A DNA stretch of 64,000 nucleotides from Octopus vulgaris (lineage: Eukaryota): assembly GCA_951406725.2 (NCBI GenBank), contig OX597817.1, positions 72,912,001-72,976,000 of the forward strand, given 5' to 3'. Under the pieces are notes generated by a model. The model was given only the letters and a program-made list of their open reading frames with translations, did no database searches and was not told where the DNA came from. Of this stretch, positions 13,981 through 26,810 are shown piece by piece. Position numbers and translations under genes: made by a program. Each line of letters begins with the position of its first letter. Position 1 is the first letter of the stretch.

Positions 13981-14578
13981 CTTTATTGCAAGTTAAATTC
14001 AACTTACATTGAAAATCAACAAAATTTGCTTTAGAAGCGTTGAGAGGTATTGAAAGATACAGATAAGGAAATAATTTTATTTTCAAACACAGGATAATGC
14101 TAATAATATAGCATGAACAGGATAAACTATCCACATTTTTCAGAAAAATCTGTTGGTGGCCAGCCATGAGACGAACTCACATCCCTGTGATTACATGTCA
14201 AATGCTTTACCATTAAGCTAAACTGCCCGAACGACAAACTCTTCTGCAAATTTAGGATATATAAATCTAGCTTTATAAGATGCTATTGCATGTTAAATTC
14301 AACTTACATTGAAAGCCAACAAACAAAGTTTGCTTTAGAAGCATTGAGATGCATTGAAAGATGCAGATAGGGAAATAATTTTATTTTCAAATGCAGGATA
14401 ATGCTAATAATAAAGCACTTGACGCGTAATCATAGGGATGTGAGTTTGAGTCTCATGGCTGGCCGCCGACAGATTTTTCTGCAAAATATGGATAGTTTAT
14501 CCTGTTCATGCTATATTATTAGCATTATCCTGCGTTTGGAAATAAAATTATTTCCTTATCTGTAACTTTATTGCAAGT
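13981..14578. repeat. Tandem plus inverted (foldback) repeat of a unit of about 300 bp
   Basis: 13984-14108 is repeated directly at 14284-14411. 14411-14564 is the reverse complement of about 14058-14210. CTTTATTGCAAGT is present at both ends (13981 and 14566). Confidence 0.85.
14154..14228 (-). pseudogene. tRNA-Thr-like (TGT) pseudogene / tRNA-derived Pol III cassette
   Basis: Minus strand GGGCAGTTTAGCTTAATGGTAAAGCATTTGACATGTAATCACAGGGATGTGAGTTCGTCTCATGGCTGGCCACCA. It shows a D arm (GCTT/AAGC), T arm (GTGAG/CTCAT) and acceptor pairing. The T loop is shortened and the anticodon stem is mismatched. A partial second copy (CGT) lies at 14411-14467 on +. Confidence 0.65.
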
Positions 14579-15443
14579 ATTTATGACAAGGTGTCGGATC
14601 TAGTTTTTGTCATTCGCAAAATGAGCCCCCTTTAATTTCACTCAGATTGCTTTCAGTTTTGGTGTATCAATACAACTCTGAATCATGATTATGATCAACC
14701 AATTACTTTATCTCGTAAATTAACGAATCTGAGGTTATTTGGAACTAAAGTTGGGAAATTTGGGTAATTTTAGCCAATCAACAATCAGCAAGACATTAAC
14801 AGCTTGTTACCATGACAACCGCACATTGTGTTGATTCTTCACACTATGAGATTTACTTCACCTGTGTATTTTGTTTTAATAAAAATTTATATTTATCAAT
14901 TAGAATTTTATTATAGTTATTTTTTATCAATTGTCTTAATATTTTGCATATTTTTCATATATAGCAAAAGTTGTTTGCAATGTTAATACAGGTTCTTGGC
15001 ATTATGAAGGTGAATGGAATATGTGGACTTAGTACAGATAATTTGACATTATTTTTGAATTCTGCATGCAAAAACATATAAGATACAGGTATGATTTTGA
15101 ATTAGAGCAAATGAAAGGGAAAACTCGTTGGGATACTAAAAGGAAATGGCATGTCCTTGGCACCCCAAAACAGCGATATCTCACTAAAGCAGTTTGTTTG
15201 TTTTACTCAAATTTGGCCGGAGTCAAAAACTCTGATCGACTATTTGATTCTGCTGTTAATGTGACTTTATACAATCTTCTGAAATATTAAGCAGATGAGA
15301 GACACATATCTCTACACACTGAACAATACACAAATTAAGTTTAATGCAGCTTGTTCTTTCCCAGATGTTCTGGGCCCAATTTCTGACAGCTACATTTAGT
15401 GAGGTACTTCAAATAAAGGGATCTGCTCAAAACCAGAGTTTAA

Positions 15444-15654
15444 CCCTTTAAAATTTAAATCAGCCATATCTGGACAAAATATTCTACCTGTTTTACACTG
15501 CAACTGGCCAGCTCTAGCTTCTCATATCTACCCTACAATGTCATTGTAAAAATAAACAATCACATCAACGAAATGTCAAAGATACAAGATAGGGCATGAT
15601 TAATTTAAAACGAATAATCGTAACATTTGACACAGCAATGTGAATGTTAAAGGG
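15444..15654. mobile_element. piggyBac-like MITE, second subtype
   Basis: Termini read TTAA-CCCTTTAAAATT ... AATGTTAAAGGG-ATAA, about 210 bp in all. Confidence 0.6.
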
Positions 15655-16722
15655 ATAAACATCTGCAAAGGATTATTTATTTATCTATTTATTTTTTTTT
15701 TTTGCTACTTAATCAGAGGGGGAGGTATCCCCCAATGACACTTTCTGTGACATCAGAAACTGGTGGAAAGAAGAGATGATGCTAAGCCCCAAACCGGAAA
15801 CAGCCTGAATGACTGCAAGAGAAAGTACCTTAGATAGGAGGTAGTGTTTAATAGGGAGATGAATTAAATCCATCTCCAAGGAATGGTCCCTTCAATAGGT
15901 TTCCACACAGTTTCTGTCTACCAAATTTTACCTTCTACAAAGTGTTCATCAATCCAAGATTATGATAGATAACACTTGCCCAAGGTACTGCATTACTGAA
16001 TCAAATTCAAAACTATGTAGCTGCAAGGGGAGTAACTTAATCACAAAGCTATGCCCGCACATATTTTGAACTCATGAACCAAGCATTTATCCATTCTGCT
16101 ATTCAGAGTGAGAGTAGTTGAATAAACAAGGTATTGCACAATTAACAGAGGAGTCAGAATATCATATTATCTAAAATTAATCAGAAGAGATGGAGAAATC
16201 CTAGGATCTACTCAAGCCCTCCTTTTACTAGTGAGACTACAATGTCTAATACCCAGCCCAAACATCTGTAGACTAATGTCAACAAGAAAATATTGCAGAT
16301 GGAAGAGAAAGTGGTTTGAAGGAGTTTGGTCCAAATGCTTGCAATAGAGTGAATTCTGCTAAATGCAAACAAGGACCTAAAATTGGATGTCATGTGGTCT
16401 TAGTAGCCCCACACCAACTATCAAAGTAATAATGAGGTCATGCTCTTCTCCTTAGAGATATATCTAAACCACCATTCTGCCTTATTGCTTGCTTTGTAAT
16501 AATGAATCAATAATATACAAAAAAATGGAGATCAAATTGAGGAGATTAAGTCAATTTATGGTGGTTCATAATTGTTATCTGCAAAAAAAAAAAAAAGACC
16601 CTATTGATTTGTGCATAGCTTATGGATGTCATATTGACTTATTTTATTCATTCAGTGACAGGACATCCATTACCTTCAAGGGTACAGTTAATGATATCAA
16701 TCTCCTTGTACACTAGAGTATA

Positions 16723-16723
16723 T

Positions 16724-16765
<42 letters not shown>
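16723..16765. repeat. (TAC)n microsatellite
   Basis: Direct read. Confidence 0.95.
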
Positions 16766-16767
<2 letters not shown>

Positions 16768-17476
16768 ATTTTATCGATTTTGGAAGGATGAAGGCAAAGG
16801 CAGCCTGGATAGGAGTTGAACTCAGAATATAAAAGAGCATAATCAAATACAATACAAAGTATTTTATCTCGTACTTCTGATTCTGCCATCTGTCCATAGA
16901 TAATAAATATTTTCTGATCCCAAAGACCAAAACACACATATGCATCAACACACACACACACACACTCACAGATATGTATCATCCTCATTTTAACATCCAT
17001 TATTTTCCTTGCTTGCATAGACCAAACGGAATTTGTTGAGGTAAATTTTCTACAGCTGGGTGCTCTTCCTGTCACCAACCCCCACCTACTTTCAAGCAAG
17101 GTAATATTTCCTTAACTGGACATTCTTTTCATGGAAGATTGGATAGTGATGCTCATTTACAACCATCATATGAAGTCAATACAAGGGTACACACAAACAC
17201 ATATTTATGGGTGTGTATGTGAGAGAATTTATTGAGTCAGATTTTCAATGGCTGTATAGGATTCTCACTAGTTTCCAAGGAATGTGATATTTTCCCATGG
17301 CCTGACATGCTTTCATGGGATACTGACAATGAATGATGGTGACAACAACAACTATCACATGACACTGGAACTAGAAGACACACACTGAGCTTTTTTCAGT
17401 TTCTAGCTATTAAATCAATTTACAAAGTTTTGGATGGGGACACATATCCAAGGTTCCATCAGAGAGATTAAACACA

Positions 17477-17662
17477 TAAAAGCACCCTAGTGTCATGCAA
17501 AAGCACCCATTACACTCTTGGAGTGGTTGGTGTTATCCAACCACAGAAAACCATGCCAAATCACACTGGAGCCTGATGCAGGCTTCCAGCGTGCCAGCCT
17601 AGTCAAACTGGTCAACTCATGCCAGCATGGACAATGGACATTAAATGATGATGATGATGATA
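17477..17662 (+). mobile_element. 5'-truncated retroposon tail
   Basis: AAAAGCACCCATTACACTC...GAGTGGTTGG...CATGCCAGCATGGACAATGGACATTAAATGATGATGATG. Confidence 0.75.
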
Positions 17663-17675
17663 ATATACGTGTGTG

Positions 17676-17714
<39 letters not shown>

Positions 17715-18195
17715 TATCAATGTCATGACAAGATAACTTTACAAGTTGAAAGTATTACTTGGCTAACTTTAGTGGAATCCATTCCTGCTACTAGCATTCA
17801 TATCAAGTGCTTCTGAGATCCAACTCAATGAATGTCTTCTTGTCGATATTGATCACACATCACCAAATCCCATCTCCCAAGCTCCACATACCTCAGTTTT
17901 TCCCTTCTCAGAATGGTAAACCTCTGTCTGATGTCGCAGAAGGTCCCCTTCTCAAATGGTACTTTTTCCTGCAGATATTGATCAATGCCATTGATTACAC
18001 CAGTTTGAAACTGGGGCCTTGCAAAGGTCATGTGCACTGCACTTTCATTTATAAAAGAAAATTTTTTAAAAGTGTTTAAAACAATTACTTGTGAACAAAA
18101 AAAAAAAACCCAAACATAATATCAAAGATCAACATTATATAACAAATACTATAACAAAAATAAAAAAAAAGATAGAGAAAAAAATGTAATGGATA

Positions 18196-18247
<52 letters not shown>

Positions 18248-19455
18248 TATAGAAAGAGCCAGCATGAGTGTTGTATGAGAGAAGAAGAGTGAGTAATATG
18301 TGATATGAATTATTAATGAGCTCCTTTGGTTTAGCACAAAGCTGGAGATAGTTTTCATTACACTGTGTGGGTATGAGTGTGTCTGAGTGTGCCTATACAA
18401 GTAACATACATATAAACACACACACACACATACATAAACAATGGGTGGGGTTAGTGACTGATCACTGTTTTATGCTTAGGCATATAAAGAGGAAATGACT
18501 TAGGATCTGTTGATATCCCTGTTCAGTTGTGTATGTGTGTGAAACACAGACAATATTTGCTTGTATGTATGTGTTTCTCTCTGCTTCTATTTAGCTATTT
18601 CCTATGTTAATCTGCTTATTTATTTGCAGGCCAACAGAGATATAGACAGGGAGAGAGAAACAGAAATATAGACAAATAATAGGAAAAGAGATAAAGTTCT
18701 TCTCATCTTGGATTGTGGGCAACTTTTGAAATATAACTAATATTGATAGTAATGATACAAATGATATTTCTACTCCATAGGGGGTAGAGACTGTTGAAAA
18801 ATGATACAAAAATAAATAAACAAATAAATAAAGAAAAAGAAGAAAAAAGCAGCAAAAATGTTTCTTGCATAAATAAATGTCTCATGTATCCCAGTTAAAG
18901 TTTTCAATGCCAGAAGACTTCAGAACAATTTGGGGAGTAAAATAGAAATATAATAAGACTGAGATGATAAAATACCTAATACTGATTGAACAGCCTTAAT
19001 ACAAACCATTTATTTCATCACCTCATGATAGAAGAGCCTCTATGAGGTAATTCAACCTGTTAAATATGATAACCACACATACACAGAGAGAGAACAAGTT
19101 TCCAGACATTTTCATCTGCCAATTTCCCTCACAAAGCATTTGTTGGCCTCTATCTACAATAAAAGAGTCTTGGCCAAGGTGTGGCATAGTGAGATAGAAT
19201 TTTGAGACCATGTTGTAACAAAGCAACCTTGTCACCATACCTGCAAACAATGTATATCTGTTTTTTCGAAGTAATTCAGCAAAGCTGCAAGTCCTTTCAT
19301 ATTTATCAGTAATGCTGTCTTAGCAAAACTTCATGCTTGAATAAGTGAATTGCAAAGAACATAGAGAAAGAGTTCTTTTAATTCAAAGAGTAAAGTATGT
19401 GTTAACAAACATGTGCATGTGTGTGAGTGTATATGTGCGTATAGATGTGTGCAGG

Positions 19456-19487
<32 letters not shown>

Positions 19488-19579
19488 GTGTGTGTGTGTG
19501 GTGTGTGTGTGTGTATACACATATATAAGTCTATATATGTATATGTGTAAGTATGTATATATATGTATATATTTAGAGA

Positions 19580-19622
<43 letters not shown>

Positions 19623-22144
19623 ATCATTTGAGGTTGCTGAGGTGAAGAAAACCGATTCAAAAATGGGCTTCCTATACATGAGAAGAATATCAAATTTGAA
19701 ATGATGCCTCTACAGCATTTGAGGGCTTTGCTGTCTTTCACAATAAATGTAATAAATATACTGGGAATGGCAAAATAAAGATAAGGGAAAACAAGAATCA
19801 GCTGACTTGGAATGATCCAATTTATTCACATGTACAAGGAAAACAGGATTTAAAAATCAATGAAATTTTGGTTTCTTTTCAAAGAAAAAGTTATTGTAAT
19901 AAATCAATTGAATTTCCTATTCTTTTGTCACTGTGACATTTGTTGCTTCGAATGGATGTACAAAAACTGTGGCTAAAACATCATAACTAGATGTTATAGA
20001 TAGTTTGCCTTTCCAGCCAACTTGAAAATGTTTCATTACACACACACACATATATCATTGTCATCATCACTGTTTTAATCTCCACTTTTCCATGCTTGCA
20101 TTGGTTGGATAAAGTTTACTGAAGCAGATTTTCTACAGCCAGGTGACCTCCCTGTCACCAATCTATACCTGTTTCCAAGCAATATGTTTTCGGAGAATAT
20201 TGAAACTAAATAACATTTATTTACAACAATTACATGGGGTGAAGATAATGAAACAACACACACACATAATAGGCCTCTTTCGGTTTCCATCTACCAAATT
20301 CCCCCTCAAGGCTTTGGTTAGTCTGGGATTACAGAAGAGACTTGTCCAAGGTGCCATGCAATGGGACTGAACCTGAAACTATATTGCTGGAAAGCAGGCT
20401 TTTTAGCCACACACACACACACACACATTATAAATCTATTGCAGTCAATGTTACCAACTGGTTTTGCAAAGGTATTAGATAACCAGATGTTAGATATTAG
20501 CATATTTAAGTAATATCATGTGCTCTGATCTTTTATCTGGTTATGTGCAAAACCAATTAGTAAGATTGGCCGAAATGGATCTACAATATTGGATACTTTG
20601 ATAAATATACCCCTACTATTAACAAATATATGAGTGTATATTTCTTTCTCCCGACTTATGGGTTCTTGGATGACTACATACAAAATATACCAGATTTAAA
20701 AATTGATAGATATTTAGTTTTTGAATAATGAATAGTTACTGTTCTCTATCACATTCTAGAAATAAACATCGTTTTTTCTTTTCCACTTATATTCTAATAA
20801 AGAATATAGTTTTATTAGTGGGGAAGTGTTGACCTAGAAGTTAATAGACTAAAGAATTAAGATTATTTAAGACTCAAGATGGTTTCTGCTGGATAAGAGA
20901 CCAGAGTTATAATTTTGACTACTTAAGCATGACAATAAAGAAAGCATGAATGTGAAGTCACAACCTGAACAGACACTGTCAGACAAAGTGAATTCCATGA
21001 CAAAGTAAAATAAAAGCAAGAGTCAACACTTTCCAACAATTTAACCATTTAATTCTATAAAAATAAATAAGAAATCATAACAATGTCTTGTGAATGGATA
21101 TAATGCATGGAAATTGTGTTGAAGCTTGGTTTTTTTTTGTGTGTGTGTGTGGATTTGTACTTGTTACCCTCGCTGTATGAAAACTGGTGTTGGTTTGTTT
21201 ACATCCCCATAACTTAGCAGCTTGGCAAAAAGGGCCAATCGAATAAGTACCAGACTTAGAAATAAGTACTAGGGTCAATTTATTCAACTAAACATATCAA
21301 GGCAGTGCCCCATCATGGCCAGAGTCCAATGACAGAAACAAATAAAGGATAACAGACAAAAGATATACATAATGACTAGAAAAATTAGTACATGATAGAA
21401 AAAACAGAACAAATAAATATTACAACATTTTTTTCCTCAAGGAAGTCAAGATGCAAACTGAAATGTTATTGATGAAATTCAGTAGAGGAATTTTGATACT
21501 GTTCTTGATATCTCAGAAAAAAAAAGTAGGACATAAGTGTGCCACAAGCATGTCAAGTGGGAAATGTATATTGGACTGGCTATGAAAGTAGAAAATAAAT
21601 TTGCAAAATGCATCCGATCCTACAACTGTTATTCATGGAAACTAAAGAGTGTCATGATATCACAGATGGAATGGCAACCACTTTGTAAATCTATGCTTCA
21701 GACTCAAGTTACAATGATAAAGTGTCAACTGAATTCTGTCACGATTTACAAGCAAAAATATACTAGTTGCAATGAAATGCTAAAATAGAAGACCTATGTA
21801 GGAAATGACCAAATTATACATAGCAGTATGATCTTGGTAAAAGCAAAGAAGATGGGATTAAGAACTACTGAAGCTCTGGGTATTAAATGGTCTCAGGATA
21901 ACAAATATCTTGTTTCACCAATTAATGAAGCGATAGACAATAGGGATTTCATTTGCAAATCAGATTCTCAGTTAGACAGATTATATGATTCCTCAGAAAA
22001 AATGGAAGCCATTTCTAAAGCACCATAGAGCAAACTTCTTGGTTGAGATAGGCTGAGACATTTTCTACTCATGGAAAACTTTGTACTCATACCAAAAACG
22101 TAAAAGAAAATACAAAAGTTTCTAAAACAATATGATGTAAATAA

Positions 22145-22360
22145 AACTGGTTTCAAATTTTAGTACAAAGCCAATAAGTTCAAGGGAGGTGGATAAGTCG
22201 CTTAATTTGACTCCAGTAACTGAATGGAACTCATTTTATTGACCCCTAAAGGATGAAAGGCAGTCAACCTCAGCGAAATTTGAATTCAGAATGTAATGAC
22301 AGATGAAATGCTGCTAATCATTTTGCCTGACGAGCTAACAATTCTGCCAGCTCACCACCT
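22145..22360 (-). mobile_element. SINE family B
   Basis: Ends in TTCTGCCAGCTCACCACC, the reverse complement of the family B head. Confidence 0.8.
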
Positions 22361-22639
22361 TACAAAATACAGTGTCCTCAAGGACACAATATGCCACTGA
22401 GTATTGAATTCACAACTTTACAATTGTAAGCTGAATACCCTAACCACTAAGCCTTCACAAATGTAAATGAAATTGCCAATAATAACCTACTTAAAAACCT
22501 AAAATACAGTTAGGCAGTGTAATGAACCTCCTAACCCATTACATCTTGCACTGCACCTCCTAACCCATTGCACTTCCTAACTTGCTCAAAAACAGATGAC
22601 AATAGGCAAGGTGTATGCATATTTCAAAGGAACAACATG

Positions 22640-24050
22640 AAATAACAGTAGAGACTGTCCACGTGGAAGCTTAGGAACAAAAAAGAAAGAAAAAGAAAAT
22701 GACAAGGCTCTCATAAGAAACAGTGGCAGACTGTGAACAAAGGTGAAAAATCAGAACAGGAACATTGAACAACTCATATGAACAAAGCAGTCAAAACAGA
22801 AGTCAAAATACAAAAGAACAAGAACCTACATGACAAAACAAAACTACTAGAAGGCAATTTCAAGAACAATAACAGTCACAATGTTTTCAAGTCCATGTAT
22901 GAAATGGAGGGAAAGAGCAGAAAACATACAGCACAATCAAAAATAAAGAATGTAACATAAGTACATACACAGCTGCAGTTTTCCAATAATGGAAAGATAA
23001 TTTCATACAACATTTTAACACTCAATTCCTACACAATCAAGAAGCTGTATCAGAAATCCTGGATGGTTCATCTAACGTAGATACTTGCACAGAAATAACA
23101 AAATATGAAATAGAAAAAGGCAATAAAAAGAATGAAAAACCATGAAGTCCCTAGAATAGATGTCATCAGTGATGAAGTACTAAACGCAGGAGGTGAGCAC
23201 ATGATTAACATGTTATATGTAATATTGAATGTAGTTTGGAAAGCAGAAAAGACAGCAAAAGATTGGAGCCATATACCAGTAACTCCAACATATAAAAAGG
23301 GTGACATGTAAAATCCAGAGAACTACAAGGTGATCCTTCTCTTATCAATACTAGAAAAAGTGTTCCGTAGAATCCTCCTTGACTGAATAAAAAGTAAAAC
23401 AGAAGAAGCAATAGGAAAGAATCAGTTAGGTTTCAGACTAAGTGGAGGAGGCACTTTCAATGCCATTTCCAAAATCAAACAGATCATTGAAAGAGTAAGA
23501 GAACATCAAGTGCCCTTACATTTCAACTTCATTATCTTTAAAGCTACCTTCAACATGATCTTGAGGAAGACCTTATAGAAAATGACAACAACAATAAGTG
23601 TAGAACCCCAAGACAGTGCAAATAATATAGGTACTGAGTATGACTGATCAAGAATGGTAAGTTCACGGATTCATTTGAAGCATGCATTTGTGTGAGACAT
23701 AACTGCATGCTTCTGCCACACTTTTCAACATCTTAATCATGAGGGAACTTTAGACCCAGATAAAAATCTAGCACTTACTGACTCCCTGTCCATAAACAGT
23801 GGACATACTGATGACATAACCCTAATATTCATGGTCTTTGACAACTTGAAAGTGTCCAGCAAACAGTTAGACAAAGTAAGTGAAAATAAATAGTGTGAAA
23901 TGCAAGATTCACTCACATAACAATGAAATTATCCAGTGAGATGTTTCAAAAGTAGAACATGTAAGAGAGTTTTGGTTTCTTGGTAGTATAGTTGCAAATA
24001 GATCAGATGTGAAAAGACAGGTTTCACTAGCATTGCCCACATCAAAAAAT
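22640..24050 (+). pseudogene. Decayed RTE-clade LINE reverse transcriptase remnant
   Basis: Manual translation from 23132 gives MKNHEVPRIDVISDEVLNAGGEHMINMLYVILNVVWKAEKTAKDWSHIPVTPTYKKGDM*NPENYKVILLLSILEKVFRRILLD*IK...NQLGFR...KQIIERVREHQVPLHFNFIIFKATF. This is the typical N-terminal RT region of non-LTR elements, with many stops. Confidence 0.85.
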
Positions 24051-25182
24051 TTGGAGAGCTAAGAAGTGTGAGTAGCTTTGAAATAAATAAAGACCCCCAT
24101 TCATATAGCTCACTGGAAGAAAGAGTACTGATAGCTAGTTTTATACAATATATCCAATAATGGAAGAGATAGAAAGCATGTAGAAGATACTTAATTTTAT
24201 ATCACATTTGGTTAACAATAATGTTGTTTGTTTCACATTTCCATTGAGCAACTCATTTCTTATAACATGCCAAGAATAACAGGAGTTTGTCTGTGCAACT
24301 CAAGTGGATCAAAATACAAAGAATTCTACTCCAAAGCACCAGTTTTTTTTTTTTTTTTTTCAATTCCTTTGTTGATATTTACATATTTTGCCAATATACT
24401 TTTGATACTTGATGAACAGTATGACCAAACAGAAAATCTGAGCAGAAATGAGTGGAGTAAGAGACCAAGAATCAAATAGATTTGATTAATGAGATATGAT
24501 GATATAGTGATGGTGGTGGAGGCAGGAACAGATGCTTGTAGTCAAGACAAACTAAGAAAGAGTTAGTAAGTAGTTAGATAAGATTGAGTACTATTAAGCC
24601 TTAGGGTAAAAACTGAGATACATATAAAAATGTTGTACTCTGTGTGTTTGTGTGTGAGCATTTTTCTATGTGAAATTGATATTATGTCTAACTGATATCA
24701 ATATACAAAAAAAAAAAGGCGTTAAAACAATTATGATGCATACATTTGTGCATGTAACTGCATGTGAATTTAATATGATTTATATTACATCAATAATCTT
24801 AACACCTAACATATCATAAACAGTGTATTTTCATTTTTATAGAGTTTACATTGTGTGTGTGCATGAGAGAGAGAGACAAACAGATAGAGAGAAAAATGAA
24901 AGGAAATGATGCACGAGAAGGTATGTGTAATAAATGTGGTCTGGTTGGTTGGTTCTTTAACGTGGTAACAATGAAAAGTGGTTTGTTGATAATGGCTGGC
25001 ACTACTCACTAGTAATGATGTTATCTTTATATTCTAACAGAAAATCTCCTTTTAGTTCACAAAACTTAATTGCAGATAAGAGAAACATACAGAGAAATCG
25101 ACAGACATAACTATCAGGGAGGTTGATCCAAAGATTTAATCCTCTTTAAAATGGTAGTGCTAGTAATAAATAAAGAGTAGAA

Positions 25183-25221
25183 TATCCAGAACTAAATTTC
25201 ACTGAAATTTAGTTCTGGATA
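25183..25221. repeat. Perfect palindrome with 19-bp arms
   Basis: TATCCAGAACTAAATTTCA-C-TGAAATTTAGTTCTGGATA. Confidence 0.9.
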
Positions 25222-25309
25222 GTACGACAAATGTCTGTGCTACCCAGTTTTTGAAGTTTGCTACAAATACCATATCATGATTTCTTCTAATCTTCTTCTT
25301 ATTACTTTG

Positions 25310-26104
25310 TGGGTTTGCAAAATCATTAGCATGCTAGCCGATATGCTTAGCAATATTTTGCCCATCACTATGTTCTGAGTTTAAATTCTGCCAAGGTTGA
25401 CTTTGCCTTTCATGATCGATAAACTGAGTACCAGTGAGACACTGGGGGTTGATGTAATCAACTAGTCCCCTCCCTACAAATTTCAAGCCTTATACCTTTA
25501 GTAGAAAGGATTATTATTATTGGGGTCAATAAAATAAAGTACCAGTGTCTGGTACTGGGGCTGAATAAATCATCTAAGACTCACCTTTCAGAACTACAGA
25601 CCTCATGCCTAAGTTATATCATTATCAGTGTAGTAGATTGGTAGAATCATTAGAGTACCAGACATAGTTTGTGATATTTCTTCTGACTGTTAATGTTCTG
25701 AGTTCAAATCCCACTAAAATCAACTTCACTTTTCATCCTTTTGAGGGTGATAAAATAAAGTAGCATTCAAGTATTGAGGCTGATGTAATCGACTAACTCC
25801 TTCCTCTCCAAACTTTTGGATCATGTGTCTAAATTAGAAATAATAATAATCCTTTCTACTATAGGCACAAGGCCTGAAATTTTGGGGGAGGGGGTTAGTT
25901 GATTACATTGACCCCAGTGTTCAACTGGTACTCATTTTATTGATCCTGAAAGGATGAACGGCAAAGTCAACCTCAGCGGAATTTGAACTCAGAATGTAAG
26001 GATGGACAAAATACCACTAAGCATTTTGCCCAGCACACTAATGATTCTGCCAGCTCGCCACCTTAAATTAGAAATAATAATATATTTTCTGTCAGCTTGC
26101 CATC

Positions 26105-26148
<44 letters not shown>

Positions 26149-26358
26149 CCTTTTCACTGGAGGCACAAGGCCTCAAATTTGGTAGGAGGGGACTAATTGA
26201 TGACATCGACCCCAGTGTTTCACTAGTACTTATTTTATCGATCTCAAAACGATGAAAGGTAAAGTTGACCTTGGCAGAATTTGAACTCAGAATGTAATGG
26301 TAGACAAAATACTGCCAAGCATTTTGCCCAGTGTGCTAATGACTCTGCCAGTTTGCTG

Positions 26359-26428
<70 letters not shown>

Positions 26429-26810
26429 GGTTTCAAATTTTGCCACAAGAGCAGCCATTTCGAGGGAGGGGATGAGTTGATTACATTGACCCCAGTGTTC
26501 AACTGGTACTTATCAAATCCAAAAGCATGAAAGGTAAAGTTGACCTCAGTGGAATTTGAACTCAGAACATGCAGATGGGTAAAATGTCATTAAGCATTTT
26601 ACCCAGCATGCTAACAGTTCTGCCAGCTCACTGATGTTTGTAATATAGATACAACACCTTAAATTTGGGAGAGTGGATAACAGTACTTGACTATTACATT
26701 ATTTTATCAACTCTGAAAGGATAAAAGGGAAAATTGACTTAGGCAAGATTTGAATAAAGAATATATGAACCAAAATAAATATTAAGAGACAATTTATCTG
26801 ATGTTCTAAA
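25310..26810. mobile_element. Cluster of at least six family B SINEs in both orientations with (AAT)n tails
   Basis: + copies at about 25310-25520 and 25630-25845. - copies at about 25850-26062, 26148-26361 and 26428-26632, with a decayed one to about 26810. Confidence 0.85.

Noticed and set aside
14154-14228. Functional tRNA-Thr gene
   Set aside because: Two-base deletion in the T loop, no U33 and a mismatched anticodon stem. Kept only as a pseudogene-like feature.
14328-14367. TTTGC-TTTAGA...GAAAGAT-GCAGA resembling a hammerhead layout inside the tRNA-like unit
   Set aside because: It lacks the invariant G5-A6 in both copies and has no valid UH cleavage site.
17825-18037. 70-aa minus-strand ORF as a host exon
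   Set aside because: No convincing acceptor/donor pair and no recognisable domain. It may be an old LINE fragment.
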